This document shows positions 9,101-18,910 of a stretch of 64,000 bases of DNA, one piece after another. How positions within the stretch are numbered: position 1 is the stretch's first letter; every line of letters starts with the position of its first letter. The translations under genes were made by a program, and so were the position numbers. A model generated the notes under the pieces. It was not told the origin of the DNA and ran no database searches. It worked only from the letters and a program-made list of their open reading frames with translations. This DNA comes from an uncultured virus (IMG/VR IMGVR_UViG_3300029305_009042) (lineage: Duplodnaviria; Heunggongvirae; Uroviricota; Caudoviricetes): IMG/VR virus record IMGVR_UViG_3300029305_009042, one strand, 5' to 3'.

Positions 9101-10272
9101 AACTGGAACAGTATATCCGCGGCGCACTCGTTAAGTCGGTTGTATCGGGCGAAGCAGGCGATAGGTCCTGCCGCCAGCACGAGTTCAACGGCGTGGCTAC
9201 CATGCGTGCAGTGCTGGGTAATGAGCGCAGACAGCTGTCGGCTGTATACCTTTATGTTACCGATGACGGAATCCAGGCATCCTCCTCTGGAAACGTAACC
9301 TGGTACGATGCCCGCGAAAAGCATCCCAGCCGCTCGGAATACCGGCTTTTTTATGAGACAAACCCTGTGACCGACAGAATGAGCGCAGGAGACTCTCTCT
9401 TTTTTGGGATACTGCCGAACCAGTCTGTTTTGATTCTTCTGGTACCTGCGGATACCTTAATCGATACGCAGCTGCGGTGGATGCTCGGACTAGATAAGGA
9501 ATCACAATACAAACCAGCGAATCGCCAAATAGAGTGGGTCACGCGCAGTATTCTGGAACAGATCGGCATTACGCTACCCAGCGAGACAGACGCCTGTTTA
9601 GATGATATGCTGGCACGTTTTCGGGGAACCTTTCCGCGTACCAAAACATTTTCTGAATACGCACGAAGCACGCTCCCTGACGTGGACTCCCGGGATGACC
9701 CGGATAGTGTCCTGATGGCGTGGATGGAGCGTGAAGAGAGTTTGTTCCGTACACTGGAAGACTGTCTGGTAAAAAAACGTATTCAACACGGATTTTCGAC
9801 TACGGATGAGTTTATTCAATTTTCGTTATCTGTACACAATAGAAGAAAGTCGCGCGTCGGATTCGCACTGGAGAACCATTTTGAATGCCTGCTGACGGAT
9901 AGGGGACTGCGTTATACCCGTGCACCTGTTACCGAGAACAAGTCTAAACCGGATTTTATTTTTCCAGGTATTGAGGAATACAAAAACTCTGACTTCCCGA
10001 CAAAGTGTTTGACAATGCTCGGAGCGAAGAGTACCTGTAAAGACCGCTGGAGACAGGTTCTCGCGGAGGCGGACCGTATTCAGCATAAACATCTCCTGAC
10101 ACTGGAAGGTGCGATCAGTATATCACAAACGGAGGAAATGCAGCAGAGGAACCTGCAGCTCGTTGTTCCGCGTGCCATTCATCATTCATACAAAACTATA
10201 CAGCAGAAGTGGCTTATGTCTGTAGCAGATTTTCTAATGCTGGTCGACGTCCGCCAAAGGAGTTCTGAATGA
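9097..10272 (+). CDS. Type II restriction endonuclease, EcoRII-like
   Basis: ATGA overlap with MTase; [41 protein letters not shown] match the EcoRII C-terminal catalytic domain. Confidence 0.9.
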   Translation: MKLEQYIRGALVKSVVSGEAGDRSCRQHEFNGVATMRAVLGNERRQLSAVYLYVTDDGIQASSSGNVTWYDAREKHPSRSEYRLFYETNPVTDRMSAGDSLFFGILPNQSVLILLVPADTLIDTQLRWMLGLDKESQYKPANRQIEWVTRSILEQIGITLPSETDACLDDMLARFRGTFPRTKTFSEYARSTLPDVDSRDDPDSVLMAWMEREESLFRTLEDCLVKKRIQHGFSTTDEFIQFSLSVHNRRKSRVGFALENHFECLLTDRGLRYTRAPVTENKSKPDFIFPGIEEYKNSDFPTKCLTMLGAKSTCKDRWRQVLAEADRIQHKHLLTLEGAISISQTEEMQQRNLQLVVPRAIHHSYKTIQQKWLMSVADFLMLVDVRQRSSE

Positions 10273-10401
10273 ACAACAGCGTTACTGGCAAGACAGACAG
10301 ATAAGATTGCCTGAATCCCGGTTTTTAAGAGAAGCAGCACAGACAACTTGACAAGAGACTCCGGCAGTCCATTATAGAACAGAAGGTATTTTTAGGAGGT
10401 A

Positions 10402-10638
10402 ATGGTTATGGACTATCATGTGGAATGGGGCCAGATCCTGTGTCTGGTGTTTATCCTTCTGTCGTTCTGGAAAAATCGCGGACTGCACGCCAACTTGCAC
10501 AGGATCTCCGGCAGGACACGCGCGATGGTGCGGGATACCGAGAGAAGACTTGGCCGCGCGGAGGCGGACTTTTTAGCAAAAGGCACGGAGGAGGGACAGA
10601 ATGATGAACCTGATACTTATCGCCCTCGCATTTGGTAA
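10402..10638 (+). CDS. Small hypothetical membrane protein
   Basis: AGGAGG RBS, upstream TTGACA at 10348, N-terminal hydrophobic helix. Confidence 0.55.
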   Translation: MVMDYHVEWGQILCLVFILLSFWKNRGLHANLHRISGRTRAMVRDTERRLGRAEADFLAKGTEEGQNDEPDTYRPRIW

Positions 10639-10834
10639 CTGGTGCTACAGCTGCTGGCTGCGGAAAAAGATCACAGCGGATCTGTGTCACGAATTCAGGA
10701 CGGCCGGGTGGTACATAAACCGCCTATTTGAAGACGCGCTCTATATAATGGAACATCGGGACGAGATACTCGCCCAGGATCGTCGCGGCCCCTACCAGTT
10801 CAAGTATCCGGAGGACGAGAAGCCAGAGTGTTGA
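10601..10834 (+). CDS. Small hypothetical protein
   Basis: GAGGG RBS-like sequence, hydrophobic N-terminus; overlaps neighbours. Confidence 0.45.
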   Translation: MMNLILIALAFGNWCYSCWLRKKITADLCHEFRTAGWYINRLFEDALYIMEHRDEILAQDRRGPYQFKYPEDEKPEC

Positions 10835-11143
10835 GTCCGGTGCCGCTTCTAGAAACCTGCGCAGCCAGTTTCGCTTGAGCTGCCGCAGGTACTCTTCACC
10901 ACGCTCCGTAAGCGGACTGATTCGGTAGCAGCCGCACCTATTTTCAGAGGATGATCGATATACAGGTTCTTTTACCGGGGAGCGGACTGTGTACCCGCGC
11001 AGCTCCAGCCATTCCAGATGACTGCGTACCGTCTGCGGATCGAAGGGTATCTCTGTCTCATCAACCAGATACTCTGTAATCGAATTGCTGTAGTCAGCGT
11101 ATGATAGTAACAATTTCAAAAGACACCTGTTCCGGTTCAGCAT
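10724..11143 (-). CDS. Winged-helix-like protein (DUF2513-like) with hydrophobic C-terminus
   Basis: VRSHLEWLELRGY...LTERGEEYL wing motif; AAGGAG RBS. Confidence 0.55.
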   Translation of the reverse strand: MLNRNRCLLKLLLSYADYSNSITEYLVDETEIPFDPQTVRSHLEWLELRGYTVRSPVKEPVYRSSSENRCGCYRISPLTERGEEYLRQLKRNWLRRFLEAAPDSTLWLLVLRILELVGAATILGEYLVPMFHYIERVFK

Positions 11144-11435
11144 GTCAGCTCCTTGCTTAGACCAAATGTTTCACAGCATACCGTCTAATTGTTCGGATGA
11201 ATAGAGGAGAAAGTTTAGCGTCCGGACATAAACCGGCAGAAATCGTCGAGGTCTGCAAGGAAAAGGGCAGGTAGAGGCGGTTTATTATCGTCTTACTGGG
11301 GCGGCACAGGCCACTGCGATTATGTAGTCTTGGGTATGGATCTGTTACCGGCATATTAAGACAGGCGGCAGACTGTGACAGCTAAAAAAGAAACACGGCC
11401 TCCATCTTGTGAGAACCGTGCCCGGGCAGCTCCCG

Positions 11436-11515
11436 GTCTATTGCTCAAAAAATCGAAAAATTTGTGCATAAGAACAGTCTATTGCTCAAAAAATCACAAA
11501 ATTTGAGCAATAGAC
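11436..11515. repeat. Tandem pair (41-bp period) of ~39-bp palindromic elements
   Basis: GTCTATTGCTCAAA-N11-TTTGAGCAATAGAC perfect at 11477-11515; degenerate copy at 11436-11475. Confidence 0.9.
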
Positions 11516-11800
11516 TCCGGTATCAGAGGCTGCTCCTCTCCCCGAGGCTGTGCGAGCACGCTGAGCTGGACCTTCGCCCGCCTCTGCCGGAGCTCGCGGA
11601 CCTCGCTTCTGTTTCCGTCTGTGACGGTGCCTTAAATTGGGTCTGATACTGCATATAAACTCTCCTGAATTGAATAAGAACCGCTGCCGTAAAGATGATA
11701 GTTCCCAAATAAAGCATAACAAGTCCTCCTCTTGCGCAGGATGTGTTTTCGCTTATTATAATGAAGAGTTATTAATAAGCAATCTCAGAAAGGAGCCCGG

Positions 11801-12538
11801 ATGATTACGGACAGGAATCGGCGTTTTCCAGAGGATGTAGAGAAGATCCGAATACTGCTTGGGTTGAGCCTGATACAGAAATACCAGTCGCAGGTGCTGG
11901 ACGACGGAAGCCTCTCTAAACGTGAATTTGGGGCAGAAGCATCACAGCAGATCCACTGGATCCACCGATCTTACGGTACGATCCACGCAGCATACCCTAA
12001 TTTCGGAAGACACTTAAGCTGGATCCTCTCTTCGGAAACACCCGCTGTAGAACATATAGCAGAATGGACACGCATCGCGCTTGTGCTGCCTCCAGATACA
12101 TTCTTACGGAAGGACATTCCAGAGTATTCCGTGTTGAAACAGCTGCGCCCCTATTACGAAAGACATCAGGAGACACTGGAAAGGTGGAATTCGTTGTCTT
12201 CTGATGACTACCGGGATCTTCTATGGAACCTTGACAGCAGGTTTACCCGCCTGCTCGCAGAAGCCTGTCTTACAGCCGGAGAGGAAATACCCGGCACCTG
12301 GTTTCGAGATCAAACAGGAACGGAACGCCTGATCGCTGCAGCGGAAGATCTCGAGGTGATCGACAAGAATGCCGGAATGGAGCTTCGGAAGAAATTCCTG
12401 GGCAGCGCTGCGCCGTGGGATTACGCAAGTACCAAAGAACTGCTGCTTAGCTGTGGTTTTCTGTTTCCTCCCTGTGCGTCCATACAAGGATCTGCTGGAC
12501 AGCCTCCTGGTCTGTTTCAACGTCACAGAGTTGATTAA
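11801..12538 (+). CDS. Hypothetical protein
   Basis: 245-aa ORF with AAGGAG RBS. Confidence 0.65.
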   Translation: MITDRNRRFPEDVEKIRILLGLSLIQKYQSQVLDDGSLSKREFGAEASQQIHWIHRSYGTIHAAYPNFGRHLSWILSSETPAVEHIAEWTRIALVLPPDTFLRKDIPEYSVLKQLRPYYERHQETLERWNSLSSDDYRDLLWNLDSRFTRLLAEACLTAGEEIPGTWFRDQTGTERLIAAAEDLEVIDKNAGMELRKKFLGSAAPWDYASTKELLLSCGFLFPPCASIQGSAGQPPGLFQRHRVD

Positions 12539-12881
12539 TATGCGCATCCGTGCATATGCCAAGCAAGACCAACCCCCGCTCGGTACAGCGAAGAATACTG
12601 TGACCCCTGGAGAAATGCCCCTTTCCATCGGGCGCATCCGCCACAGGTGTATTTATACCATAGAGCTTGTGCTCCAAACATCCGCTGGAAATTAACAGAC
12701 TCACTGTCTCCGCTACTGCCTCCACGGAGTATCCTTCCAGTACTTGTAGACGTGTCGTCAGAGCAGCAAGATCTAATGCCCGGTCCGTGCCGCACGAAGT
12801 TTTATACACTTCACGTAATACCGATTTTAGCGAACGAACGTCGCGCTTAAGAGATGAACCCATATAATCCCTTTCATTCAA
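12447..12881 (-). CDS. Hypothetical protein, possible winged helix
   Basis: 144-aa ORF, VSLLISSGCLE...CTERG pattern. Confidence 0.45.
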   Translation of the reverse strand: MNERDYMGSSLKRDVRSLKSVLREVYKTSCGTDRALDLAALTTRLQVLEGYSVEAVAETVSLLISSGCLEHKLYGINTPVADAPDGKGHFSRGHSILRCTERGLVLLGICTDAHINQLCDVETDQEAVQQILVWTHREETENHS

Positions 12882-12964
12882 GTACAGTTTTAGCTATTCA
12901 GTCTATCGGACGGGAATCTCTGTTTCTTGAGTAGAGAGGGGAGAAAGAACAAAAGGAGTTAATT

Positions 12965-13708
12965 ATGTGTTCCAGGACTAACGATCTGGATCGGGATACG
13001 TTTACATCTATTGCACTGCAGATGGCGTCCGGTTTTCTGAGGGAGCTGTATCGCCCGTATCCGGAAGAGGAGTATACGCTGGAAGGGCAGAAGCGGTGGT
13101 CCTGTGAAGTGAAGCAATGTAGATCCTGGCTGCGTCAACCGCTTGCCTCCTCCGCTGGGCTCATCCTCCCGGAGCCGACCCGACTGCGGGCTGCGTTCAA
13201 AGAAGAAAAAGTCCGTAATCTTCAAGCACTGCTCGACCGAGCCCGAGGACTTCCGATTCTGGATCTGACAGGTTTTTTGCTTGGTCAACGGTTTCTGCGG
13301 AAATATCAGGACAACGAGGAATTGCCCCTGTCTTTCGCAGCTGAATACCTTCGGGCTATGTTTCAGCTTCCAGAGGACTGGCTTCAGGATCCGGAAGCCG
13401 GGTTGAAGGAGCTTGTTCCGCCGGAAACGCTTCAGGAATATTTCCAAAACAGCCGTCCAATACGGCAGCGTTGGAGCGCACTGAGCGGGACCTCCCAAAA
13501 AGAGGTCCGCATGTGGGCTTCGTATGTACTGTCCGGCAGCGTCTGTGACCCAATGGCGCTCGTGTTCATTCGGGATCTGTGCTGGGCGGATTCATGCGGA
13601 CGAAATAACCATCTGTACCCTGAGCCCGTGTCTTCACGGCTAACGGAAGTAGAGATCGATCGATGGCTCGCGGCCGCAGGTCTATGCGGTACAACAGAGC
13701 CATTTTAG
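12965..13708 (+). CDS. Hypothetical protein
   Basis: 247-aa ORF, AAGGAG RBS, followed by a terminator. Confidence 0.7.
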   Translation: MCSRTNDLDRDTFTSIALQMASGFLRELYRPYPEEEYTLEGQKRWSCEVKQCRSWLRQPLASSAGLILPEPTRLRAAFKEEKVRNLQALLDRARGLPILDLTGFLLGQRFLRKYQDNEELPLSFAAEYLRAMFQLPEDWLQDPEAGLKELVPPETLQEYFQNSRPIRQRWSALSGTSQKEVRMWASYVLSGSVCDPMALVFIRDLCWADSCGRNNHLYPEPVSSRLTEVEIDRWLAAAGLCGTTEPF

Positions 13709-13724
13709 AAAGCTATAAAAGACC

Positions 13725-13753
13725 GGGCGGTCACAGAAGACCGCCCTTTTTTT
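13725..13753 (+). terminator. Rho-independent terminator between convergent genes
   Basis: GGGCGGTC/GACCGCCC stem plus T7. Confidence 0.85.
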
Positions 13754-13754
13754 C

Positions 13755-14471
13755 TTAGTAGCCGTAAGAGAACAGAATATCCCGTAAAGAATCACGTCTG
13801 AAGAGAATATCTTTCAGGCTTCCTGTCTTGGGCATTTCACCACCGATCTGCGGTTCGCCGCCCGGTTCCACGACTGGAGGAGCACCTTCGGCAGCCGCTT
13901 CCGGAGCCGCTTCTCCGCCGCCTCCAAGGTCCACCATCTTCGGAATCGGCTGCGAGATGTCCGGACCGCCGGCACCCGGAGGCATGATCAGAACTTCCGG
14001 CGGGATCTCTGCACCAACGGCTTTCATCAACACAGCCAGCTGGACCTGCATGTTGTACAGGGCGGTGAGGATCTGCTGCATCGTTTCATCACTCTGCTGC
14101 TTTTTACTCTTCTTCCCGCCGGCATCCGCGGCGGCAGGATCTCCTCCCGCGGCAGCCGGATCTCCTCCCGGAGGCGGAGCGGACGGCGGAAGTCCCATCG
14201 CGGCAGCCGGATCCATCGGAGGGGCACCGCCCATCATCGCCGGATCCATAGGCGGAGCACCGCCCATCATGGCAGGATCCATAGGCGGAGCACCACCCAT
14301 CATGGCGGGGTCCATAGGTGGAGCACCGCCCATCATCGCCGGATCCATAGGCGGAGCACCGCCCATCATGGCCGGATCCATAGGCATGGGAGCAGACGCT
14401 GCCTGCTTATAACCGCGATAAGCCATCGGCTGATACCATTGATTCAAGTTTCTGTAGTTATAAGGCATCAT
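13755..14471 (-). CDS. Pro/Met/Gly-rich low-complexity protein, putative head-associated (KQAAS motif)
   Basis: 238 aa; (MDPAMMGGAPP)x5 after YKQAAS, central amphipathic helix, C-terminal SL[KR]DILF twice. Confidence 0.75.
   Translation of the reverse strand: MMPYNYRNLNQWYQPMAYRGYKQAASAPMPMDPAMMGGAPPMDPAMMGGAPPMDPAMMGGAPPMDPAMMGGAPPMDPAMMGGAPPMDPAAAMGLPPSAPPPGGDPAAAGGDPAAADAGGKKSKKQQSDETMQQILTALYNMQVQLAVLMKAVGAEIPPEVLIMPPGAGGPDISQPIPKMVDLGGGGEAAPEAAAEGAPPVVEPGGEPQIGGEMPKTGSLKDILFRRDSLRDILFSYGY
14205..14381 (-). repeat. 33-bp coding tandem repeat (MDPAMMGGAPP x5 plus partial)
   Basis: Five copies with identical peptide and synonymous DNA differences. Confidence 0.95.
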
Positions 14472-14553
14472 TCATATCCTTGTCAAAAAGGTAGCTGTGT
14501 GTTACATTTCCCGTAGTATACCTGAAACTTTTATCCGCAGCAAAAGGAGAATT

Positions 14554-14880
14554 ATGGCTATTTCAGACTGGAACACCGCAAACAGTCATCGAAGTTATCC
14601 GTTTCAGGAAAATCCGGAGGCTTCCGGCCTGAGACCTGATGAGATCCTTGATGCCCGTTTCTTTATCGTGAACCCGGAATTCGAAAACCCGGAAGTATGG
14701 CTCCACCAGAAACACACAGGTGACGGCTTCCGGCTCTACACTTTCATGACCTCCGCTTTCAGCGGACCGCTTCGCAGTACGCTGACCTTCCGGGTTCCGG
14801 ACTCGGAAGAAAGCCAGTGCGTCTGGAATATGGACAATGAGGCCTGGAACGGCTTTTGTGTGTTTGGAGGTGTGCGATGA
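14554..14880 (+). CDS. Small putative baseplate/tail protein (W-x-N..RSYP family)
   Basis: AAGGAG RBS; DWNTANSHRSYPF resembles N-termini of ORFs 39034(-) and 33778(+). Confidence 0.65.
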   Translation: MAISDWNTANSHRSYPFQENPEASGLRPDEILDARFFIVNPEFENPEVWLHQKHTGDGFRLYTFMTSAFSGPLRSTLTFRVPDSEESQCVWNMDNEAWNGFCVFGGVR

Positions 14881-17492
14881 ATCTACAGGAATTTGCCAAC
14901 TATTGCTTCGAGAACTTCACGCAGCTTTCCGGGATGCTCCCGCCCGGGGATATTCCCAAGGATCCTGCCGGGCAAAGTCGAATGCGTGAATTTTCTTTCA
15001 GAAACAACGGTATGATCTTGTGTATTGGAACGATAGCAGACGCATGTCTGGGTGAAAATATCTACAAGGTAAATACTGCGCAAAATGGTATTCGTATTGC
15101 GCATCCGCTCATGACAACCGGAGGTATGGTACAATGTTCGCCTGGGTATTGTCCTGGAGATCTGGTATTGCTCGCCTGTCAAACAGATATGCTCGATGCA
15201 GTCATTCTGGGGAAATACGGGGAACGGTCCCGATATAACGACGCGGATCTGCGTACTCTGATCACGCACTCTGAAAACTTTCGGCGTGAGGAGGCTTTCC
15301 AAAAGTCGCTTTATAGTCTGGACCCCAATTCATATCTTCCGCGCTGGACACATGGTATGCCGGTGCAGAGGTACGACGCAGGTGAATTCTATGTTGGCTC
15401 CCCCGCAGGGCCTAAACTGTTTCTGGATCCTTTCATGACTTTGATGTCTGTGAATGACGCAACCGGTCTCTGGGCCTTCCGCGACGATTCCCTGCTCAGA
15501 ATAGCCGGGATCAACTATCAGAAAATTACCTCTGGAAGCTATGAGGAACAATTAAACGATCATGGGGAATATATTGAATACTCGGGTCACTGCTTAAACC
15601 CCTGGGAATCTTTTGGCTACTACCACAAACCGTCCTCTGATATTGTTGAATTTAATGAGAAGTGGATGGATCTGCACAATGATGCCCGCTCATTCACAGA
15701 GCCGGTCGTACAGCAAGCGAAACCTTTTCATCGCGTTATAGAACTTGGCGGCTGGCTGGGGCAGGGAAAACAATCGTGGATCCTGGCACCGCCTGCGGAT
15801 AGTAAGGTAGCGGAATATGGCAAAAAGGAACCAGATCAAAAGGCACTTTCCCGAATCGCTCAGCACAGTGACGGTTTCCTCAGTATTGAGTCGTCCAAAG
15901 GTATCTCGATTACCAAGCGAGGTGTCCTTCCTTCTATACAACGAATCGAGCTTACCGAAGACCCACTTAAAGGCGATACCAGAGACAATTACGACTTCAC
16001 ACATGCCCAGATAGTGATTAAGGGCGAGCCGGACTTTACTGCGACGGATACTTCAAAGCTGATGCAGAGCCTGATGGGGATTCGGGATTATGCAGCCTAC
16101 ACCCTGAACTATAAACTTGTCGCACCCCTTCTTTTCCATCGAAAAGAGTGGTATGTACCGGAGATACGGGATGTAATAAAGGATACGCCAGTCTGGGATC
16201 TGTCCAAAAAAATAAAAGAACTGCACTCTCGCCAGCTGATTGACTACCCTGCGGACTGGTCTACGCGGCTGGAAAACACAGAACAGAAGTATACTCCGGC
16301 GGAGGCAGGGCTGCATCTCCTTCCGGATGGAGGGGTCGTGCTTCAAGATGGATATGGTTCAGAATTACGGATGTCCGGAGGGCAGATAACCATCTCCGCA
16401 CCGGGCGGGATCTGGATCCGATCAGGGAAAGACACACAGATATGGTCCGGGCGCGACTTAAATTTAAGGACACGAAAACACGCAGACCTCACAACTACAA
16501 AAGGTTCTGTTCGCATAAAAGCGGAAAAAAATCTGGAGCTTCTCGGAGGTAATGAAGGTTCCCGATCCGGTGTCGTGATCGAAAGTAAAGGGCGGGGATC
16601 CATGGATTTCACTAGCGCGGGAGAACAAATCGAGACCGGCGGTGTCGTTATTAAAACGGCAAAAGGTACTCTCTCTATGCTGGCGAATACTGTCTTCGCA
16701 AGAGCAGGGGTCGAGGGGCAAGGCGGCGGGATGATGCTGGATGCCGGACGCGGAAGACTTTTTACACAAAGTACAGAGAAGCTGGATTTTATCAAGACAC
16801 GGCACGCGCTTAACTGGGGCGATTTTGAAGCTGGGCGTGTAGAAGCGGTGCAGGAATCCCTGAAAGATCAGCACACGCTGCCTGGACAGCTCCTATGCAA
16901 CGGCAGCGGTACCTTTCAAAAGCAGGTAGACGCCGGAGGCGGATTCTATTCCGGCACGCACGTGTATACGAAAGACGCCGTCACCAAAATCTACGTTTCT
17001 CCGCTGAAGGACGAGACCGCTGCCGCGTTTGATACACGGCTGCGACAAGCGCAAACCCGTATTGAATCAGAAAACGTACAAGCGCAGCAGAAAAACCGCT
17101 CTGGTATCGTTCAATCCCAATTCTATGACAAAGGGCGTCCCGGATATTCCGAAGTCCTGACTGGTGCCGGCTTCAGTTTTCGAACAGACGAGGAACTGGA
17201 TCTTCCTGAATCTTTCTACATCTACGCAGACAACTGGCAGCTTATCTGCAGCTCCGGTATAGAGACATGGACAGAAACGACAGTAACTACCTCTTCTGGA
17301 AAAGGAGAACATCCTTATCCGGGTAAAAAGTATCTCAAAGAAAAACCGTGCCTTGTGACTCAGGATTCCAATCTTACTTCCAGAGGGCTACCAAAGCAAA
17401 GATGGTCTGGAAATGAGCCGGTTGCGGAGTACAAGGATCCCCAGTATAATAAGCCGGAGATCAAAAATTTAGATACCTGGAAGGTACTTTAA
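14877..17492 (+). CDS. Baseplate central spike, gp5/VgrG-like
   Basis: OB-fold-like YCPGDLVLL...VILG and beta-helix-like repeats (GGVVLQDGYGSELRMSGGQITISAPGGIWIRSGKD...SVRIKAEKNLELLGG); tail context. Confidence 0.65.
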   Translation: MNLQEFANYCFENFTQLSGMLPPGDIPKDPAGQSRMREFSFRNNGMILCIGTIADACLGENIYKVNTAQNGIRIAHPLMTTGGMVQCSPGYCPGDLVLLACQTDMLDAVILGKYGERSRYNDADLRTLITHSENFRREEAFQKSLYSLDPNSYLPRWTHGMPVQRYDAGEFYVGSPAGPKLFLDPFMTLMSVNDATGLWAFRDDSLLRIAGINYQKITSGSYEEQLNDHGEYIEYSGHCLNPWESFGYYHKPSSDIVEFNEKWMDLHNDARSFTEPVVQQAKPFHRVIELGGWLGQGKQSWILAPPADSKVAEYGKKEPDQKALSRIAQHSDGFLSIESSKGISITKRGVLPSIQRIELTEDPLKGDTRDNYDFTHAQIVIKGEPDFTATDTSKLMQSLMGIRDYAAYTLNYKLVAPLLFHRKEWYVPEIRDVIKDTPVWDLSKKIKELHSRQLIDYPADWSTRLENTEQKYTPAEAGLHLLPDGGVVLQDGYGSELRMSGGQITISAPGGIWIRSGKDTQIWSGRDLNLRTRKHADLTTTKGSVRIKAEKNLELLGGNEGSRSGVVIESKGRGSMDFTSAGEQIETGGVVIKTAKGTLSMLANTVFARAGVEGQGGGMMLDAGRGRLFTQSTEKLDFIKTRHALNWGDFEAGRVEAVQESLKDQHTLPGQLLCNGSGTFQKQVDAGGGFYSGTHVYTKDAVTKIYVSPLKDETAAAFDTRLRQAQTRIESENVQAQQKNRSGIVQSQFYDKGRPGYSEVLTGAGFSFRTDEELDLPESFYIYADNWQLICSSGIETWTETTVTTSSGKGEHPYPGKKYLKEKPCLVTQDSNLTSRGLPKQRWSGNEPVAEYKDPQYNKPEIKNLDTWKVL

Positions 17493-17504
17493 CAGGAGTG
17501 ATTT

Positions 17505-18563
17505 ATGGAAAGTATGAATGCTGATTTGCTGAATCTTCACAAGATCCTTGACATACAGAAGCCGGTGTCGCTGCGGGCAACCGCCGGAGCATGGGTACGT
17601 GAAAGCCTGAAAGAAGTCGGCTGGAAAGAAGGCGGAGCTATTCCCGGGCAGCTTCCGGAATATTTCGGAGCAGTGTTTCAGACATTGGGACTCCCATCCC
17701 GTCCGGACAGTGTAAGAGCGGCTCTGAAACACCCGGAAGTACTGCTGACTCTACAGAGTGCCGTGCGGAAGATCCAGGAGAAAGAAAATGCCCTGACAGC
17801 CGCAGAAGAGAGTCTCGGAGATCAGTTCCGGATCACTGATGAAGACCAGGGAGTAATGCGTCAGATCAAAGAAGCCGCAATTCAGGCAGAAGTAGACCGG
17901 ATCCAGTCAGAAGCCCGTATTCTGGAAGATGAAGCATCGGAGGAAGAATTAGAGGAAGAACTGGAAGAACTGGAAGAACCAAAGCCCTCACCTCTTGCTA
18001 TTAATAACGCACAACTGCCTCCCGCAGTATGCCCCTGCTGCAAATGGAACCTGAGTCAGGAGTATACACCTGCGGAACTGGACCTCAGTGATCAGAGAGC
18101 GTACCTTGTTTATGTTCTTGGCGGGCCTGCATTCACCAAAACCTATTCCTGCTGGGGCGGGCTGTGCCAGGTGACTTTCAAGACCTCGTCTTCTGAAGAG
18201 GAGGAATTGTTTATTGAGCTCTTTTCCAAGGAGCAGCAGGAACAGAAACTGAATATCATCCCTGTCGCGAACCGGAAGTTTAATCAGTATCACACTGCTC
18301 TCTCGCTGAAAGCGATCCAATACGCACCAGAAGTTCAGTTGACCGCCCCTGTAGTTCCGTCAGTATGGAGTTTCGAGTTCAACCCGGATACAACACATAC
18401 GAGGCTGGAATATTTCATGGAGAAGTGGTACAACCGAATGATCACCTCTGTAGAGCTTCAGCAGGAGCTTATAGAACACTGGAAGGAGTTTAACCGGCTG
18501 CTCATCCGTCTGCAGCAGGAGTTGTATGATAAGGATTTTTGGCACGGTCCGACTTCGGCATGA
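17505..18563 (+). CDS. Putative tail assembly chaperone (acidic, CPCC motif)
   Basis: AGGAG RBS; first of two ORFs directly upstream of the tape-measure-like gene; ends near a G_GAT_TTT slippery site. Confidence 0.5.
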   Translation: MESMNADLLNLHKILDIQKPVSLRATAGAWVRESLKEVGWKEGGAIPGQLPEYFGAVFQTLGLPSRPDSVRAALKHPEVLLTLQSAVRKIQEKENALTAAEESLGDQFRITDEDQGVMRQIKEAAIQAEVDRIQSEARILEDEASEEELEEELEELEEPKPSPLAINNAQLPPAVCPCCKWNLSQEYTPAELDLSDQRAYLVYVLGGPAFTKTYSCWGGLCQVTFKTSSSEEEELFIELFSKEQQEQKLNIIPVANRKFNQYHTALSLKAIQYAPEVQLTAPVVPSVWSFEFNPDTTHTRLEYFMEKWYNRMITSVELQQELIEHWKEFNRLLIRLQQELYDKDFWHGPTSA

Positions 18564-18910
18564 TCCTGCAGGCAGCGGCTACCGGAAGGTTCAACTTCGC
18601 GGCAGTCGGACCGAATTACTTTACAAGGCTGAAACTTATTATCGAGGAATTGTACCGTCTGAATCAAGCAACCGCAGCGGCGCATTCCGCACTCCACTGT
18701 GTTATTTCCACGGTAATGGCGGATGAAGACTCCAGAAAGAAAAACTACGCGCGGCTGCGGCATAATCGAGCATTACTGCTGAAAATGCTGCACCTGCCGG
18801 AGATAGAAGACGAAGAAACCGACAACCCTTATGAACGTCTAAAACAGGCGTATGAACAGGTATATGGCACAGCAGGACGACACACAAAAACTGACGCTGA
18901 CACAGATTAA
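18560..18910 (+). CDS. Putative tail assembly chaperone, second ORF (-1 frame)
   Basis: In the -1 frame relative to the upstream ORF, open from 18533; precedes tape measure. Confidence 0.5.
   Translation: MILQAAATGRFNFAAVGPNYFTRLKLIIEELYRLNQATAAAHSALHCVISTVMADEDSRKKNYARLRHNRALLLKMLHLPEIEDEETDNPYERLKQAYEQVYGTAGRHTKTDADTD

Noticed and set aside
865..11420. Shared CTAAAAAAGAAACACGG sequence at about 865 and 11382
   Set aside because: Both are adjacent to hairpin-like sequences and read as minus-strand terminator T-tracts; not enough to call a mobile-element end.
11436..11515. CRISPR array
   Set aside because: Only two adjacent units with no unique spacers and no cas genes; the other tandem repeats in the window are in-frame coding repeats.
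13828..14412. Plus-strand ORF with (GSIGGAPPIMA)n repeats
   Set aside because: Mirror of the minus-strand repeat gene, which has an RBS and peptide-preserving synonymous variation; the plus-strand peptide varies between copies.
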